DNA of 62,943 bases, the filler included, from Octopus bimaculoides (lineage: Eukaryota), in NCBI RefSeq assembly GCF_001194135.2. It is 8 parts of 8 records of this genome, joined end to end, with 100 filler letters (N's around TTAATTAATTAA, not from the genome) between each part and the next. Parts side by side here need not be neighbours in the genome. Positions count along the whole stretch, not along the records: positions 1 to 24,511 come from NC_068997.1; 7 more parts are not named here. One strand, 5' to 3'. Position 1 is the first letter of the stretch; every line of letters starts with the position of its first letter. Below are positions 1 through 11,839 of the stretch, in pieces. The translations under genes and the position numbers were made by a program. The notes beneath the pieces are model-generated. The model searched no databases. It was not told where the DNA came from and saw only the letters and a program-made list of their open reading frames with translations.

Positions 1-49
<49 letters not shown>

Positions 50-76
50 TATACATATATATACATATATATATAT
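1..76. repeat. (AT)n microsatellite
   Basis: Direct reading of the sequence. Confidence 0.98.
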
Positions 77-199
77 CATATTTTAAATCCTGTTCGATAG
101 TTATTTCAGAGATGGTTTCATACCCTTAACTTTGTACGAAGCAACATATTGTAAAGGTTATATAATCCTAACATTTGTTATAATGTAGGCTTCGACAAC

Positions 200-350
200 A
201 GGCCAGAAATATTGTGGGAAGGGGCTATGTCGATTACATCGACTCGAGTGCGCAACTAGTACTTTATTTGAACTTCGAACGTAAAGACGGACGAAATGCT
301 ACTAAGCATTTTGTCCTGTGTGCTAACGATTTTGCCAGCTCATCGCCTTA
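200..350 (-). mobile_element. tRNA-headed SINE family A, decayed and internally deleted
   Basis: Reverse complement begins TAAGGCGATGAGCTGGCAAAATCGTTAGCAC, matching the family A head at 14109 and 22923. Confidence 0.8.
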
Positions 351-1173
351 TACGTTTGTTATAATATTATCTTTCATATTAGCTTGATATGTAGTCTATT
401 ACAAACTGCAGGTATTGGTTTTACAATTCTGTATTCTAGAATGTTTCGAAGGAGTTCAGTTTGTAATGTATTAACTCCAGTACTCCATTATCTCTACTAT
501 CATTAATGTTCAAACTTGCTTTATACAGCTTCTACGTTTTCTCTCACTGCCATCTAAACCAGATTAAAAATAACAATTATCCGAGGTGAGTGAAGAACGT
601 TCTATCTACCTTTTCTCATCCACGCCTCAGTTATCAACAAACAAATCTGTAAATGCCAATATCATGGCAGACGTATAAGCAAACTTAACTAGAATCGGCG
701 ACGTGCCTATTTAACGATTTCCTTGTTAGTTTCCTTGAATTTTTGTCTGCTTACATGAAATAATCGCATTTATAGAATGACAGATAAGAAGTAGTAATCT
801 ATCTTGGTGAAATATCAATGTTATATTTATTTCTCTCTCGGATTTTAATGAAAATATCAAATCCAGTGTCAAGTAAGGAATTTATAAATAGGATAAAGTA
901 GAACTGTAGTTATTGATGAGAATGGGAATAAGAATGAAAAGGATGAAGAACAAAGGTTGGACGATAAAGAAGGAGAAAAGGAAGAATGTTGCACAAACTA
1001 CTTCTCTCTCCTTCTTCCAAAATATCAAAACCTTTCGATGACAAGAGAAATGAAGATGAGGATGAGGATGAGGAGGAGGAAATTCCACCATAAAGCCAAG
1101 AGGGAAGGGATCGACTAAATTAACACGAATATTTAACAGCTTCTTATTCTGTTAAAGAGAAGACCAGCACTTC

Positions 1174-1273
1174 GTCTTTCATCCTTTCGCAGTCAATGAA
1201 ATAAGTACCAGTTGCGCACTGGTGTCGGTGGCATAGACTTGCCCCCCCCCCCTTCACAACAAAAATATCAAGC
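1174..1273 (+). mobile_element. SINE family A, 3' fragment
   Basis: CTTTCATCCTTTCGCAGTCAATGAAATAAGTACCAGTTGCGCACTGG matches the family A central domain. Confidence 0.75.
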
Positions 1274-1302
1274 TTTCTGCCTGTTTAGAAAGAACTATCA
1301 CT

Positions 1303-1661
1303 TAGGTGTGGCTGTGATAAGAAGTTTGCTTCTCAAACATATGGTTCCTGGTTCTCTCCCACTACGTCGCACCTCGGGCAAGTGTCTTCTACTATAAACT
1401 CGGGCCGACCAGAGCCTTGTAAAATAATTTGGTAGACGGAAACTGAAAGAAGCCCGTTGTANNNNNNNNNNNNNNNNNNNNNNNNNNNNNNNNNNNNNNN
1501 NNNNNNNNNNNNNNNNNNNNNNNNNNNNNNNNNNNNNNNNNNNNNNNNNNNNNNNNNNNNNNNNNNNNNNNNNNNNNNNNNNNNNNNNNNNNNNNNNNNN
1601 NNNNNNNNNNNNNNNNNNNNTATATGTATGTGTATGTGTGTGTGTGTATGTGTGTGTGTGT

Positions 1662-1695
<34 letters not shown>

Positions 1696-1895
1696 CTGTC
1701 ATTGTGCCTGTGTTTGTCCTCCACCACCGCTTGACAATTGGTGCGATATGTTTACGCCCCCATAAATTAAGCGTTCGGCAAAAGAGACCGATAGAATAAA
1801 TACCAGGTTTAAAAAGAAAATAAGTACCGGTCTCGATTAGTTCGACTAAATTCATCAAAGCAGTGCCCCAGTATGGCCGTTGTCAAAGATAAAAT
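1303..1895 (+). mobile_element. SINE family B (CORE-like) with internal microsatellite, spans an N gap
   Basis: GTGGCTGTG head, CACCTCGGGCAAGTGTCTT motif, GGAAACTGAAAGAAGCCCG, internal (TG)n tract, 3' half GGCAAAAGAGACCGATAGAATAA. Confidence 0.85.
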
Positions 1896-1910
1896 ATGAA
1901 AGATTGTCAT

Positions 1911-2086
1911 TAAGGCAGCGAGCTAGTAGAATCGTCATTGCATCGTACAAAATGCTTAGCGGCATCCCCTCCCGCTCTTCATGCTCTGAGTTAAAATACC
2001 ACCGAGGAGTCGATGAAATAAGTATCAGCTGAACACAAGGGTGGGTATCATCAACCAGCCCCAAATTCCGCAAATTGCCGACCTTA
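1911..2086 (+). mobile_element. SINE family A, decayed
   Basis: TAAGGCAGCGAGCTAGTAGAATCG head; CTGAGTTAAAATACC box-B-like motif. Confidence 0.75.
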
Positions 2087-2870
2087 TGGCTATAGATGAA
2101 AGAATTACAATTATCAGCAACTTCAGCTAAAATAATCCAAACTGTGTGCCTGTTATTCGTTTTTAGTTCACTGCAGCTAAACTCTTGGATATTTTAGTTT
2201 TAAACGACTTCTATTAATGATGTCACATGAAAATTTGAGGACTTATTAAATTTCAGTGTCATAGACAATTTTCCAAAATCTCTCCAGTCAATATTAGTAT
2301 TTCCATATGATTTACAAGAACTGTTTTACGTCCAAGTATGTCTGTAAACATTAATTTCAATTTTGAACGTTATTTTAGAATTAGATTCTTAAAAATATTT
2401 TAAAATAAAATGTAATTTTGTTGTTTTAGCAAACAACCAAAATACATTAGCGTAAGACTGGAATTTATATTTATATAAATGCTAAAAGTTAATTTAGGAT
2501 TCAATTTTCATTCGACGGTTTGTTTGCTTTACATTTTTTCCCTGTTAAACCATACTGTTTCTTCGAATTAATATTTAGAGCAAAATATATTGATAAGTGA
2601 CTCGATAAACTACATTTATATATTTTCTAAACTTCGGAGTTTTGTGTAGACTAGGTATCATTAACTGATAAATATAACTAACATTTAAATCTAAACCTAA
2701 TCATATCAGGAGAAACTATGTTGTTTCACTATTTTGGTTTGACTGCCACGTTTTGGTTTTAAAATTGCCTTATATATATANNNNNNNNNNNNNNNNNNNN
2801 NNNNNNNNNNNNNNNNNNNNNNNNNNNNNNNNNNNNNNNTCTTATATATATGTATATATATATATATATA

Positions 2871-3284
2871 TCTTCTTATTCTTCTACTTGTTTCAGTCAT
2901 TAGACTGCAACCATGCTGGGGCACCACCTTGAAGAATTTTAATCGAATGAATCGACCACACCACTTTTTAATTTCTTATGCTTAGCACTTTATCTGTTCC
3001 TTTCGTCAAATCGCTAGTTTACGGGGACGTAAACACACTAACGCCGGTTGTCAAGAGGTAGTGGGGGACAAACACAGACTCACAGACACGCGCGTGCAAA
3101 CACACACACACATATATACGACAGGCTTCTTTCAGTTTCCGTCTACCAAATCCAATCACAAGGCTTTGGTCGGCCCGCAGCTATCGTAAAAGACATTCAC
3201 CCAAGATCCCACGCTGTGGGACAGAACCGGGGAGCATGTGGTTAGGAAGCAAGTTTCTTACCACACAGCCACTATCGCGCCTAT
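2871..3284 (-). mobile_element. SINE family B, near full length
   Basis: Reverse complement from TAGGCGCGATAGTGGCTGTGTGGTAAG to ACTGAAACAAGTAGAAG; internal (CA)n tract. Confidence 0.88.
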
Positions 3285-3631
3285 AAAAAAATTATATATA
3301 TATCGGTTTAGTATTAATTGACAGAAAAGAGTACTCAATACTTAGGTAGAGATTAAAAATATTTTATTTTGTCGAATCAGTCTCTTACTCCTCTGAGTAT
3401 CACTACTGCACCTACGGTTGAAAATTAGAGTAGCAAGAGACTGACTAATTAAAATAATGTATGTATGTATGTATTTTACAAGGGTGATGGACTGAGAGCT
3501 TATCTTCAAGTTCTGTAAAGCTTCAGGTGTTCGACAGACGACTGGGTTATAGCGCCTTCTTATTGTCTGGCGATGGACAACCACACACAAACAGTCATGC
3601 ACGCACACATACATAAAACAAACATATTTAT

Positions 3632-3633
<2 letters not shown>

Positions 3634-3706
<73 letters not shown>
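3634..3706. repeat. (AT)n/(ATGT)n microsatellite
   Basis: Direct reading. Confidence 0.95.
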
Positions 3707-3707
<1 letters not shown>

Positions 3708-4160
3708 TTGTTGATCTGCAGCAAATTAAAGTAGGGTTTGGAACATAATAATATTACATTGATTGGTTCGAATTAATCATAATCAAACTTTGGCCGTCTT
3801 AAATCAATAAGAACCACGGAGATCGATATTTCAATATGACATCAGAACCACCGCAGTAAATTTCAAATTGTTACACCTGAGCAAGCAACAACACCATCAA
3901 TAATAGTAGTAGCAGTAGTAGTAGTAGCAGTAGTAGTAGTAGCAGCGTAGTGTTTAATGGTGGGGACTGCTGAACGTTGATGCCAAATAATTTTTATCAA
4001 TTATCTTTTTCATTGGTTTCCATGGAAACAGTTCCCTTGGAATGAAGGAGAAATACAATTACTGTTTTTCTTCTCTTCATCTCTTCTCTCCACCTCTAAT
4101 CCCACTTTTTCTCCGCATTCAATCTTTTGTTTTATCTGTCAAACATCTATCCTATCTACT

Positions 4161-4199
<39 letters not shown>

Positions 4200-4246
4200 T
4201 ATGGTGTGTGTGTTGGGGAGGGGGGTACAAAAATTAAGAGAAACAC

Positions 4247-4360
4247 GAAGACGAAGTAAGCCGCAAACACACATGGTCTATTAGGCTTATGCTCACGAAA
4301 ATTAGGAGCTTTTTACGTTTCGAGCGTACGCTCTTCTACTGAAAGAATGAGAGAAAAATA
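4247..4360 (-). mobile_element. Repeat family C, Penelope-like terminal fragment
   Basis: Similar to 45134-45256 and 17662-17747; minus strand contains GAAGAGCGTACGCTCGAAACGT, a motif of the kind found in Penelope-like termini. Confidence 0.55.
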
Positions 4361-4483
4361 ATTGAGATTATTATAATATACAAGATTCAAGCTGTNNNNN
4401 NNNNNNNNNNNNNNNNNNNNNNNNNNNNNNNNNNNNNNNNNNNNNNNNNNNNNNNNNNNNNNNNNNNNNNNNNNNNNNNNNNN

Positions 4484-5750
4484 CATCCCATAAATAATGT
4501 GATTCTTTTTATACTTTTATTTTTCAGAATTAAGATAAACAAAGTTCTTTTTAAATCTAAAATATACCCTCCTTTATTTTCTACTATGCTCTTCCATCTA
4601 TTTGGTAGACTTGCAAGACCCCTCTGCCAGAATTCACTTGTCCATGACGAAAAATACTCCTCCAGTACTGTTCTGACCTCGTCTACAGAATTCATATTTT
4701 TTCTGTCCAAATGATTTTGAAGACTGCAGACGAAATGATAATCAGATGGGGCAATGTCCGGCGATATGGTAGGTGGGACATCATTTCCCATTGAAACTGC
4801 TCCAGGCTTTGGAATGTCATTCTCTCTGTATGTGACCGAGCATTATCCTGATGGAAGAACACCTTTCATCTTGAAAAACCAAAGATGGTCGTTTTTCTTC
4901 TAGCACTGATTTAAGCCGCTCAAGCTGCTCGCAGTAGATCTCTTTTGTTATCGTTTAGTTTGGGTTTAGAAGTTCAAAGTGGACTAAACCTTTCATGTCC
5001 CACCAAACAGATAACAACACCTTATGTAGGGGAAAAACCTTCTTTAGTCTGGGGTGCTGGTGTTTCTCTTTTCTCTACATACTGTCTTCAGAACTGGGCA
5101 TTTTTATAGAGAACCCATTTCTTGTCATCAGTCACTATTCGGTCCAAAAAAAGTTCATTCGTGAGACGTGACAGCAAAGAACATACATTCACTCTCTGCG
5201 CGCGATTAGACTCGGAAAGTTTGTGTGGAAACCATCGACTCAATTTGCTGACTTTTCCGATGGCACGCAGGTATCGATGAATGGTTGAATGACCAAATCC
5301 AAGCTTCTCTGCTAGTTCCTCAACAGTTACAATGGGATTTTGTTCCACTAGGGTCTGCAGGATGTCCTCGTCGAGCTCTACAGATATTGCAGGACGAGGC
5401 TATAGTTTCCAGCTCGGAATTTCTGGAGCCACCGTTGACACTGGCATACGTTTATTGTCCGATTCCCATATGCTGCATTAATATAACTCGTACTTTCCGT
5501 TGCGTTGTTGCCTTCATTGAACTCATAAAGCAAAATATGCCGAATAAGCTCCTTTGCCAAACGCATTATAGCTTTGAAAAAACAACTGTTAAAATCGAAC
5601 TGCACTCTTCAAAACTTGCACTAAGAATAAGTACAAGGTAAAATTACGACCTGCTTTTATAGCATGTTGATGCAGGTAGTTTATCCCGTCTCCCTCCGAC
5701 TTTTAGTTCATGCATTTGAAAAAACCGCATTATTTATGGGATGACCCAAT
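4484..5750 (-). mobile_element. mariner DNA transposon (D34D), near full length, inactive
   Basis: TIR ...CATCCCATAAATAATG at 4484 (cut by a gap) and its inverse CATTATTTATGGGATGACCCAA at 5728-5749, followed by (TA)n; transposase remnants inside. Confidence 0.95.
4551..5566 (-). pseudogene. mariner transposase pseudogene
   Basis: ATG at 5566 (MRLAKELIRHILLYEF, HTH region); SRWFPHKL (WVPHxL-like); DRIVTDDKKWVLY; FFHQDNARSH; SPDIAPSDYH with 34 residues between the 2nd and 3rd Asp after frame correction; several stops and frameshifts. Confidence 0.95.
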
Positions 5751-5775
5751 ATATATATATATATATATATATATA

Positions 5776-5842
5776 ACAGTCTGTTAAAGTCTGTCATACC
5801 GGCCATGACGAAGGGAAATAGCCCTGAAACTCGAGTCGCCTT
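5776..5842 (+). ncRNA. Minimal hammerhead-ribozyme-like motif in a ~67 bp unit between (TA)n tracts
   Basis: GGC-CATGACGA-AGGG/AAATAG/CCCT-GAA-ACTCGAGT-C-GCC: 3-bp stem I, stem II, palindromic stem III and GUC triplet; one extra A in the CUGANGA box. Confidence 0.5.
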
Positions 5843-6328
5843 TATATATATATATTTATATTTATATATTTGATCCTTTATATTGAACACTCAATATTTC
5901 ATCTACATTCAATACTTTCTTTCATGGTGCCATCCATTTTTATTTTATTTTATTTTATATTATATATTGTATATCATATTATATATTGTATATTCCATAT
6001 TCTATACCCCACATTAGTTCTNNNNNNNNNNNNNNNNNNNNNNNNNNNNNNNNNNNNNNNNNNNNNNNNNNNNNNNNNNNNNNNNNNNNNNNNNNNNNNN
6101 NNNNNNNNNNNNNNNNNNNNNNNNNNNNNNNNNNNNNNNNNNNNNNNNNNNNNNNNNNNNNNNNNNNNNNNNNNNNNNNNNNNNNNNNNNNNNNNNNNNN
6201 NNNNNNNNNNNNNNNNTATATATATACAGGGAGGGACAAGGAGATAGAGAAAAAGAGAGAGGAGAGAGAAAGAGAGAGGAAACAAGAGAAAGAGAGAGGA
6301 AACAAGAGAAAGGGAGATTAGAGAGCAT

Positions 6329-6515
6329 TGTTATTTAGGTTAGGTGATTCTTGATGAAACAGACCTAAAGTCAAAGACATTCTAGTTGTGACCATCCCGT
6401 CGTTTTTCTATGGGCTAGAAAACCAGAATTACGCTGCCCAGCGTGTTCTAAAAGCGATTTAGTTACTATTTCTAACAAGTGTTGTGGTCACGTGAAGTTG
6501 ACCCATTGGCTCAAA
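6329..6515 (-). mobile_element. Interspersed repeat family D (SINE or LINE 3' end)
   Basis: Reverse complement has TAGAAATAGTAACTAAAT...GACGGGATGGTCACAAC, similar to 15250, 41640 and 53080. Confidence 0.55.
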
Positions 6516-6920
6516 ATAATGTCACTGTTGTAGAGTAAGCTCTTCACAAACTGAGTCTATGAAGTAAATTTGAATCACAGCCGGGATATTACTTTTCCCA
6601 TTCCTTGGGGGCGATTTCCTGTCTAAAATGATAATGTCCCTGTCAGACATCGAGTCTTTGACACATTACTTCACAACAAAACATATGAAGGTGATTCAAC
6701 GACCCATTCAAGATGAGTAATTTTTCCTCTTTATGCACATATCTCCCGGGGCTGACAATAAATGTGTGTCAATAGATCTGTCTGGCAACATACGAGAGAA
6801 CCAATATGTCAGTTTGTCAGTACATTTGTCTGTCACTGCATTTGTATGTCGATAGACTTATCTGCTAAAATACATGAATATATCAACACATTTGTCTATC
6901 AATAAAGATGTATGTTAAGA

Positions 6921-8198
6921 CAAGGGTCGGCTGAAAAAGTTCATAAGTTGATCGAGTTTCTTTCGTGGAATGCAATCAAGTAAGGTTTGTTTTTCAACAT
7001 AGTCCTCCTTGTGGTCCACGTACTTCTTCTATCGATGTTGCAGTGCTTGGGTCCCATTGATGGAAACCCTTCATTCTGTTAGTCAAAAATGTCGTCAACA
7101 GAAGATATGGCGTCATTATCGCTGCAATACTGGTTCTCAGCCAAGTGTTTCTTCGTGTTGGGGAAAAGGTGATAGTAGGGCCAAAGCAAGAGAATAGGGG
7201 TGACGGGGTTATCAACCAGTTTAAAACTATAATCATGCACAACAGCCATTGAAACCAGCGACTTGTGTGCTGGAGCATTGTCCTGGTGAAACAAGACTCT
7301 TTTCATCAATTTTCCCAGGTGTCTGGTCTTGATAGCCTTTCGTTACTGCCTCAGCAAGTGTGCATAGTTTTCTCCATTAATGGCGTGACCCTTTTGAAGA
7401 TTGCCAATAAACACGATACTTTTTGCATCCCCCAAAACTGAGGCCACCACTTTCCCTGCAGATGAAATGTCCTCGACCTTCTTTGGAGCAGGTGAGAAGT
7501 GGTGTTTCCATTGCATGGATTGTCTCTTTGTCTCTGGCTCAAGGTGATGAATCCAGCACACATCCTGAATTAGGAAAAGTTCGAGGAATCCAGCTGGATC
7601 TGCCTCAAACAGTGTCAGATTTTTCTGTGGAGGGATCAGCCTGGCGCGCTTTTGAACAGGTGTCAGAAGTCATGGCACCCACCGAGTAGAAACCTTTCTC
7701 ATGCCAAGTTCATTGTGAAGAATATTTATTCTCAACTCTCTCACAGAATATGCTAATAACATTGATTTATAGTTAACTACCTGTATCCAGGTGAACACGA
7801 TCAAAGTTTTGGTGGCAGGTGCAGGATATCCAGACCTTGGATGATCTTCAAAACTCTCTGTTCCCCACTAAATTCAGCTGCCCATTGTTGCACTGTTGAT
7901 AAGGCAGGAACATCATCCTCTAATATAGCGACCATGTCTGTATGAATATCCTTGGGGGATAAATACCTATTTGTTGGTACTTGATAACAAGTACCAAATT
8001 TTGCTAAATTTTTTCCATTTCCCAGAGAAGTCGCTACTAGTTATTTCTGAAGTTTTCATTGAACAGTCAGATATCAGTTTACCTTTAAAGAAGCAATGAA
8101 GTTATTAATAAGAATTGTTGAAATTAATGCATGCAAGATTTCACAGTTTTAGCATCACTCCTTCATAGTTAGCCTATGAACTTTTCAGCCCACCCTTG
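6921..8198 (-). mobile_element. mariner DNA transposon (irritans/Himar-like), full length, inactive
   Basis: TIRs CAAGGGTCGGCTGAAAAAGTTCATAAG (6921) and CCTATGAACTTTTCAGCCCACCCTTG (ends 8198, then TA); length ~1.28 kb. Confidence 0.93.
6975..8018 (-). pseudogene. mariner transposase pseudogene
   Basis: ATG GAA AAA at 8018; HHLEPETKRQSMQWKH, SAGKVVASV, INGENYAHLL, VLFHQDNAPAHKS, YHLFPNTKKHL; multiple frameshifts; subfamily assignment is from motif recall only. Confidence 0.9.
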
Positions 8199-8569
8199 TA
8201 CACTTGCCTGTCAATGTGAAGTACGTCAATACATTTGGCTGTTAAAACACATGTATGTCCCTAAATGTGCTCGATGACCACCACCAACACCGCAATGATA
8301 CATGATAAACCACCACTTTTGTTATTATTTGAGCAATGTTTACATGTCAGCAGAAACAACCAATCTTCATACATTATACAGCAGCAGCAGCACTAATGTC
8401 ATTAGCGCTATTACCGCGACCGACACCATCAATAGCATTACTATTACCACTACAACTACCACTGCGAAGACGACAGCAACGGCTTCATTCACACACGATG
8501 CACACACACACACACACACACACGTGCTGACACATATTCAGACAAACGTATTATACACACATGTATGAG

Positions 8570-8644
<75 letters not shown>

Positions 8645-8855
8645 ACATGCACACATGTGTATATATATGTGTGTGTGTATTTGTGCGTGCGCGCATGTGA
8701 GTATATATGTGTGTGCATGTACACGCAAGCAGCAAGAATGGCGGGAACGTGCTACGACATGCGTTGAGGATACAAATCCCCCGCTAACTCAGCGTCTATT
8801 GATCACTTAATAAGACTGTTTGTCACGTATGGTATGACACATGTGCACACACACA

Positions 8856-8896
<41 letters not shown>

Positions 8897-9061
8897 TCTC
8901 GCTCTCTCTCTCACTCTCCCCGTTACAAATACACATATATAAATACATACACACACACAAACACTGTCTTTGACATATATGTACATACACTCCCTCGTAG
9001 ACATACACAAACACCGCCGTCCTTGTTGTTGCCGGCAATCTAATGATTGTTGTTGTTGGTC

Positions 9062-9100
9062 GTGGACGGAGTGGACGGAGTGGACGGAGTGGACGGAGTG
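9062..9100 (+). repeat. (GTGGACGGA)4 minisatellite
   Basis: Four perfect 9-bp units plus GTG. Confidence 0.95.
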
Positions 9101-9259
9101 GTAGTCGGGGTACAACAGTGGTTTAGTCCTCCTCTTCCGATTTCATTTTAATGTTCTGTTGTCACAGAGTTGTCACCAATACTGAATGAAGTTAAACAAC
9201 ATTTTCTCAAGGATGACACCTTCGGTTAATGTTTAGTCTTGTCATTCCGAAGCACTTTA

Positions 9260-9552
9260 TCTGTTTTTCTGTTTGTTCGTTCGTTTGTCGGCCTGTCTGT
9301 TCGTCTATCCATCTTCCTGTTTACCTGTCTCTTATTCTGTCTGTCCGTCTGTTTGCCTCCCTATCTATCTTCCTGTTTACCTTCTATTATTCTGCCCGTC
9401 TGTCTGTCCGCCTATCCATTTTCCTACCTGTCTATTATTCGGTCCGCCTGCCCATCTATCTACTTACGTCTGTCTGTCTGTTTGTCTGTCTGTCTGTTTG
9501 TCCCCCTACATGTCAACCTGTCTTTCTGTTCGCCTGTCCGTCTTTCTGTATG

Positions 9553-9611
<59 letters not shown>

Positions 9612-9612
9612 C
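9260..9612. repeat. Degenerate (TCTG/TCTA)n tract ending in perfect (ATCT)n
   Basis: Direct reading. Confidence 0.9.
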
Positions 9613-9658
9613 TCCTACCACCGCTGATGAATATTACATAAGCTATGGAAATGAGATG

Positions 9659-9828
9659 AGGCGCACGTGTGGCTGTGTGGTATGTAATGAGAAGTTTGCA
9701 TCCCAACTATATGTTTCCAGATTCAATCAAACTGCATGGCACCTTGGGCAAGTGTCTTCAACTACAACCTCGGGCTAACTACCGCCTTGTGAGAGAACTA
9801 AAAGAAATCCGTTGTATGTATGTATGTG
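9659..9828 (+). mobile_element. SINE family B, 5' half, decayed
   Basis: GGCGCACGTGTGGCTGTGTGG head; GGCACCTTGGGCAAGTGTCTTC. Confidence 0.8.
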
Positions 9829-10616
9829 GAAAAGGCTAGCCACTGGATTTGGTTAAAAGAAAACGATGAGTGATGGCTAGAAGAATTTTGAGCTTTATTT
9901 GATAACCAGTTGATCTAGCAAGAGGGGCCTCATATCAGTTAAGGCGGCCGGTGCACAATGATGCCATCGAGAGGTAGGCCCCGAAACGGTGCGTATTTTG
10001 TCCTGCTGACCCCATACGTTTGCTGGTTTCCGGTATGTAGATCTTTCGACTGGTAGCACTTGCATCTGCAAGTTGTTTGTAAAACATCAAATATATATAT
10101 ATATATATATANNNNNNNNNNNNNNNNNNNNNNNNNNNNNNNNNNNNNNNNNNNNNNNNNNNNNNNNNNNNNNNNNNNNNNNNNNNNNNNNNNNNNNNNN
10201 NNNNNNNNNNNNNNNNNNNNNNNNNNNNNNNNNNNNNNNNNNNNNNNNNNNNNNNNNNNNNNNNNNNNNNNNNNNNNNNNNNNNNNNNNNNNNNNNNNNN
10301 NNNNNNNNNNNNNNNNNNNNNNNNNNNNNNNNNNNNNNNNNNNNNNNNNNNNNNNNNNNNNNNNNNNNNNNNNNNNNNNNNNNNNNNNNNNNNNNNNNNN
10401 NNNNNNNNNNNNNNNNNNNNNNNNNNNNNNNNNNNNNNNNNNNNNNNNNNNNNNNNNNNNNNNNNNNNNNNNNNNNNNNNNNNNNNNNNNNNNNNNNNNN
10501 NNNNNNNNNNNNNNNNNNNNNNNNNNNNNNNNNNNNNNNNNNNNNNNNNNNNNNNNNNNNNNNNNNNNNNNNNNNNNNNNNNNNNNNNNNNNNNNNNNNN
10601 NNNNNNNNNNNNNNNN

Positions 10617-10651
<35 letters not shown>

Positions 10652-11801
10652 ATGAAAAGAAGAAGATAAAGAAAATTCTTTAACACATCTTTGATTATAA
10701 ATTGCATGTTTCCGTACCATCTCCATTTGCAACGCCAGTTTACGCGAAAATCCTAAAAGAAAAACCACGTAATGTTTGCGGTTTTAGACATTGGAGAGGC
10801 ACTCTCTCAGACTCGCATCAAAGGTGTGCTATTACACTGGGCGTCATTCAGACTTTGTTGTTAGGAAAATATCGGGAGGAAATAAAAAAGAAAAATTAAG
10901 AGTGTGTTTGCGGGATAAGTATGTGGGGAAGACATTATGTGGTGGTATGGATATCAAGAGAGTGGATACGTATAATGATAGGAGAGAGAAAGCAAAAGAG
11001 GGGGAGAAAAACGATCAGAAGAAGACGAAAATGAAGCAGAAGGAGGAGAAGAGGAAGAAGAAAGAAGAGGGAGTAGATACAGTGGGCAGTGCTGCATATA
11101 GCAAAACCGTTCATCTAGCCGTATGCTGGCGGTGGGTCAGCCAGTACAGGCAGAACCATTATATATATATATAGAGAGAGTAATAATAACAATGTGTGTG
11201 TGTGCTTGTGTGTGTGTGCTTCTGAAGACATGGAAGTCAGAGCTGTCTACATTCATTTAAACCGTATCCACAATGCTTTAGTAGGGCCAGTGTTAATATA
11301 AACATTTCGGATACTAGACTGGACATTTGAAGAATCTATTACTTGAATATCAGGAAAAGAAAGACTAGGAATTTCCACATCAGCAGTGACACTGACAGGA
11401 TTTATATTAAATAAAAGGATGGAAGTAGAGAGGCATAAAATCATTTAGACGGCCTTTGCTTGGCGCATTGCATCACTTGACAACATCTACTGAACGATAA
11501 AGAGAGATATAAATACATAATATATAAACTCATCAGAAAAGAAAACGTTGCGATTAGGCGAAAAACACTTGAACACGTGTTCTAAGTATACAGCTGTTTC
11601 ATAAGAACCAAAGAGCGTTGTTCGACTGACGGACTTAAACACAGACTTTGGATATTTATANNNNNNNNNNNNNNNNNNNNNNNNNNNNNNNNNNNNNNNN
11701 NNNNNNNNNNNNNNNNNNNNNNNNNNNNNNNNNNNNNNNNNNNNNNNNNNNNNNNNNNNNNNNNNNNNNNNNNNNNNNNNNNNNNNNNNNNNNNNNNNNN
11801 N

Positions 11802-11839
<38 letters not shown>

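Noticed and set aside
9955-10060. Hammerhead-like GCCATCGAGAGGTAGGCCCCGAAACGGTG
   Set aside because: Core box, stem II and cleavage triplet are all defective; at most a decayed Penelope-like terminus
11253-11444. Possible host exon (MILCLSTSILL...KALWIRFK)
   Set aside because: No recognisable domain, no convincing splice-site pair, flanked by stops
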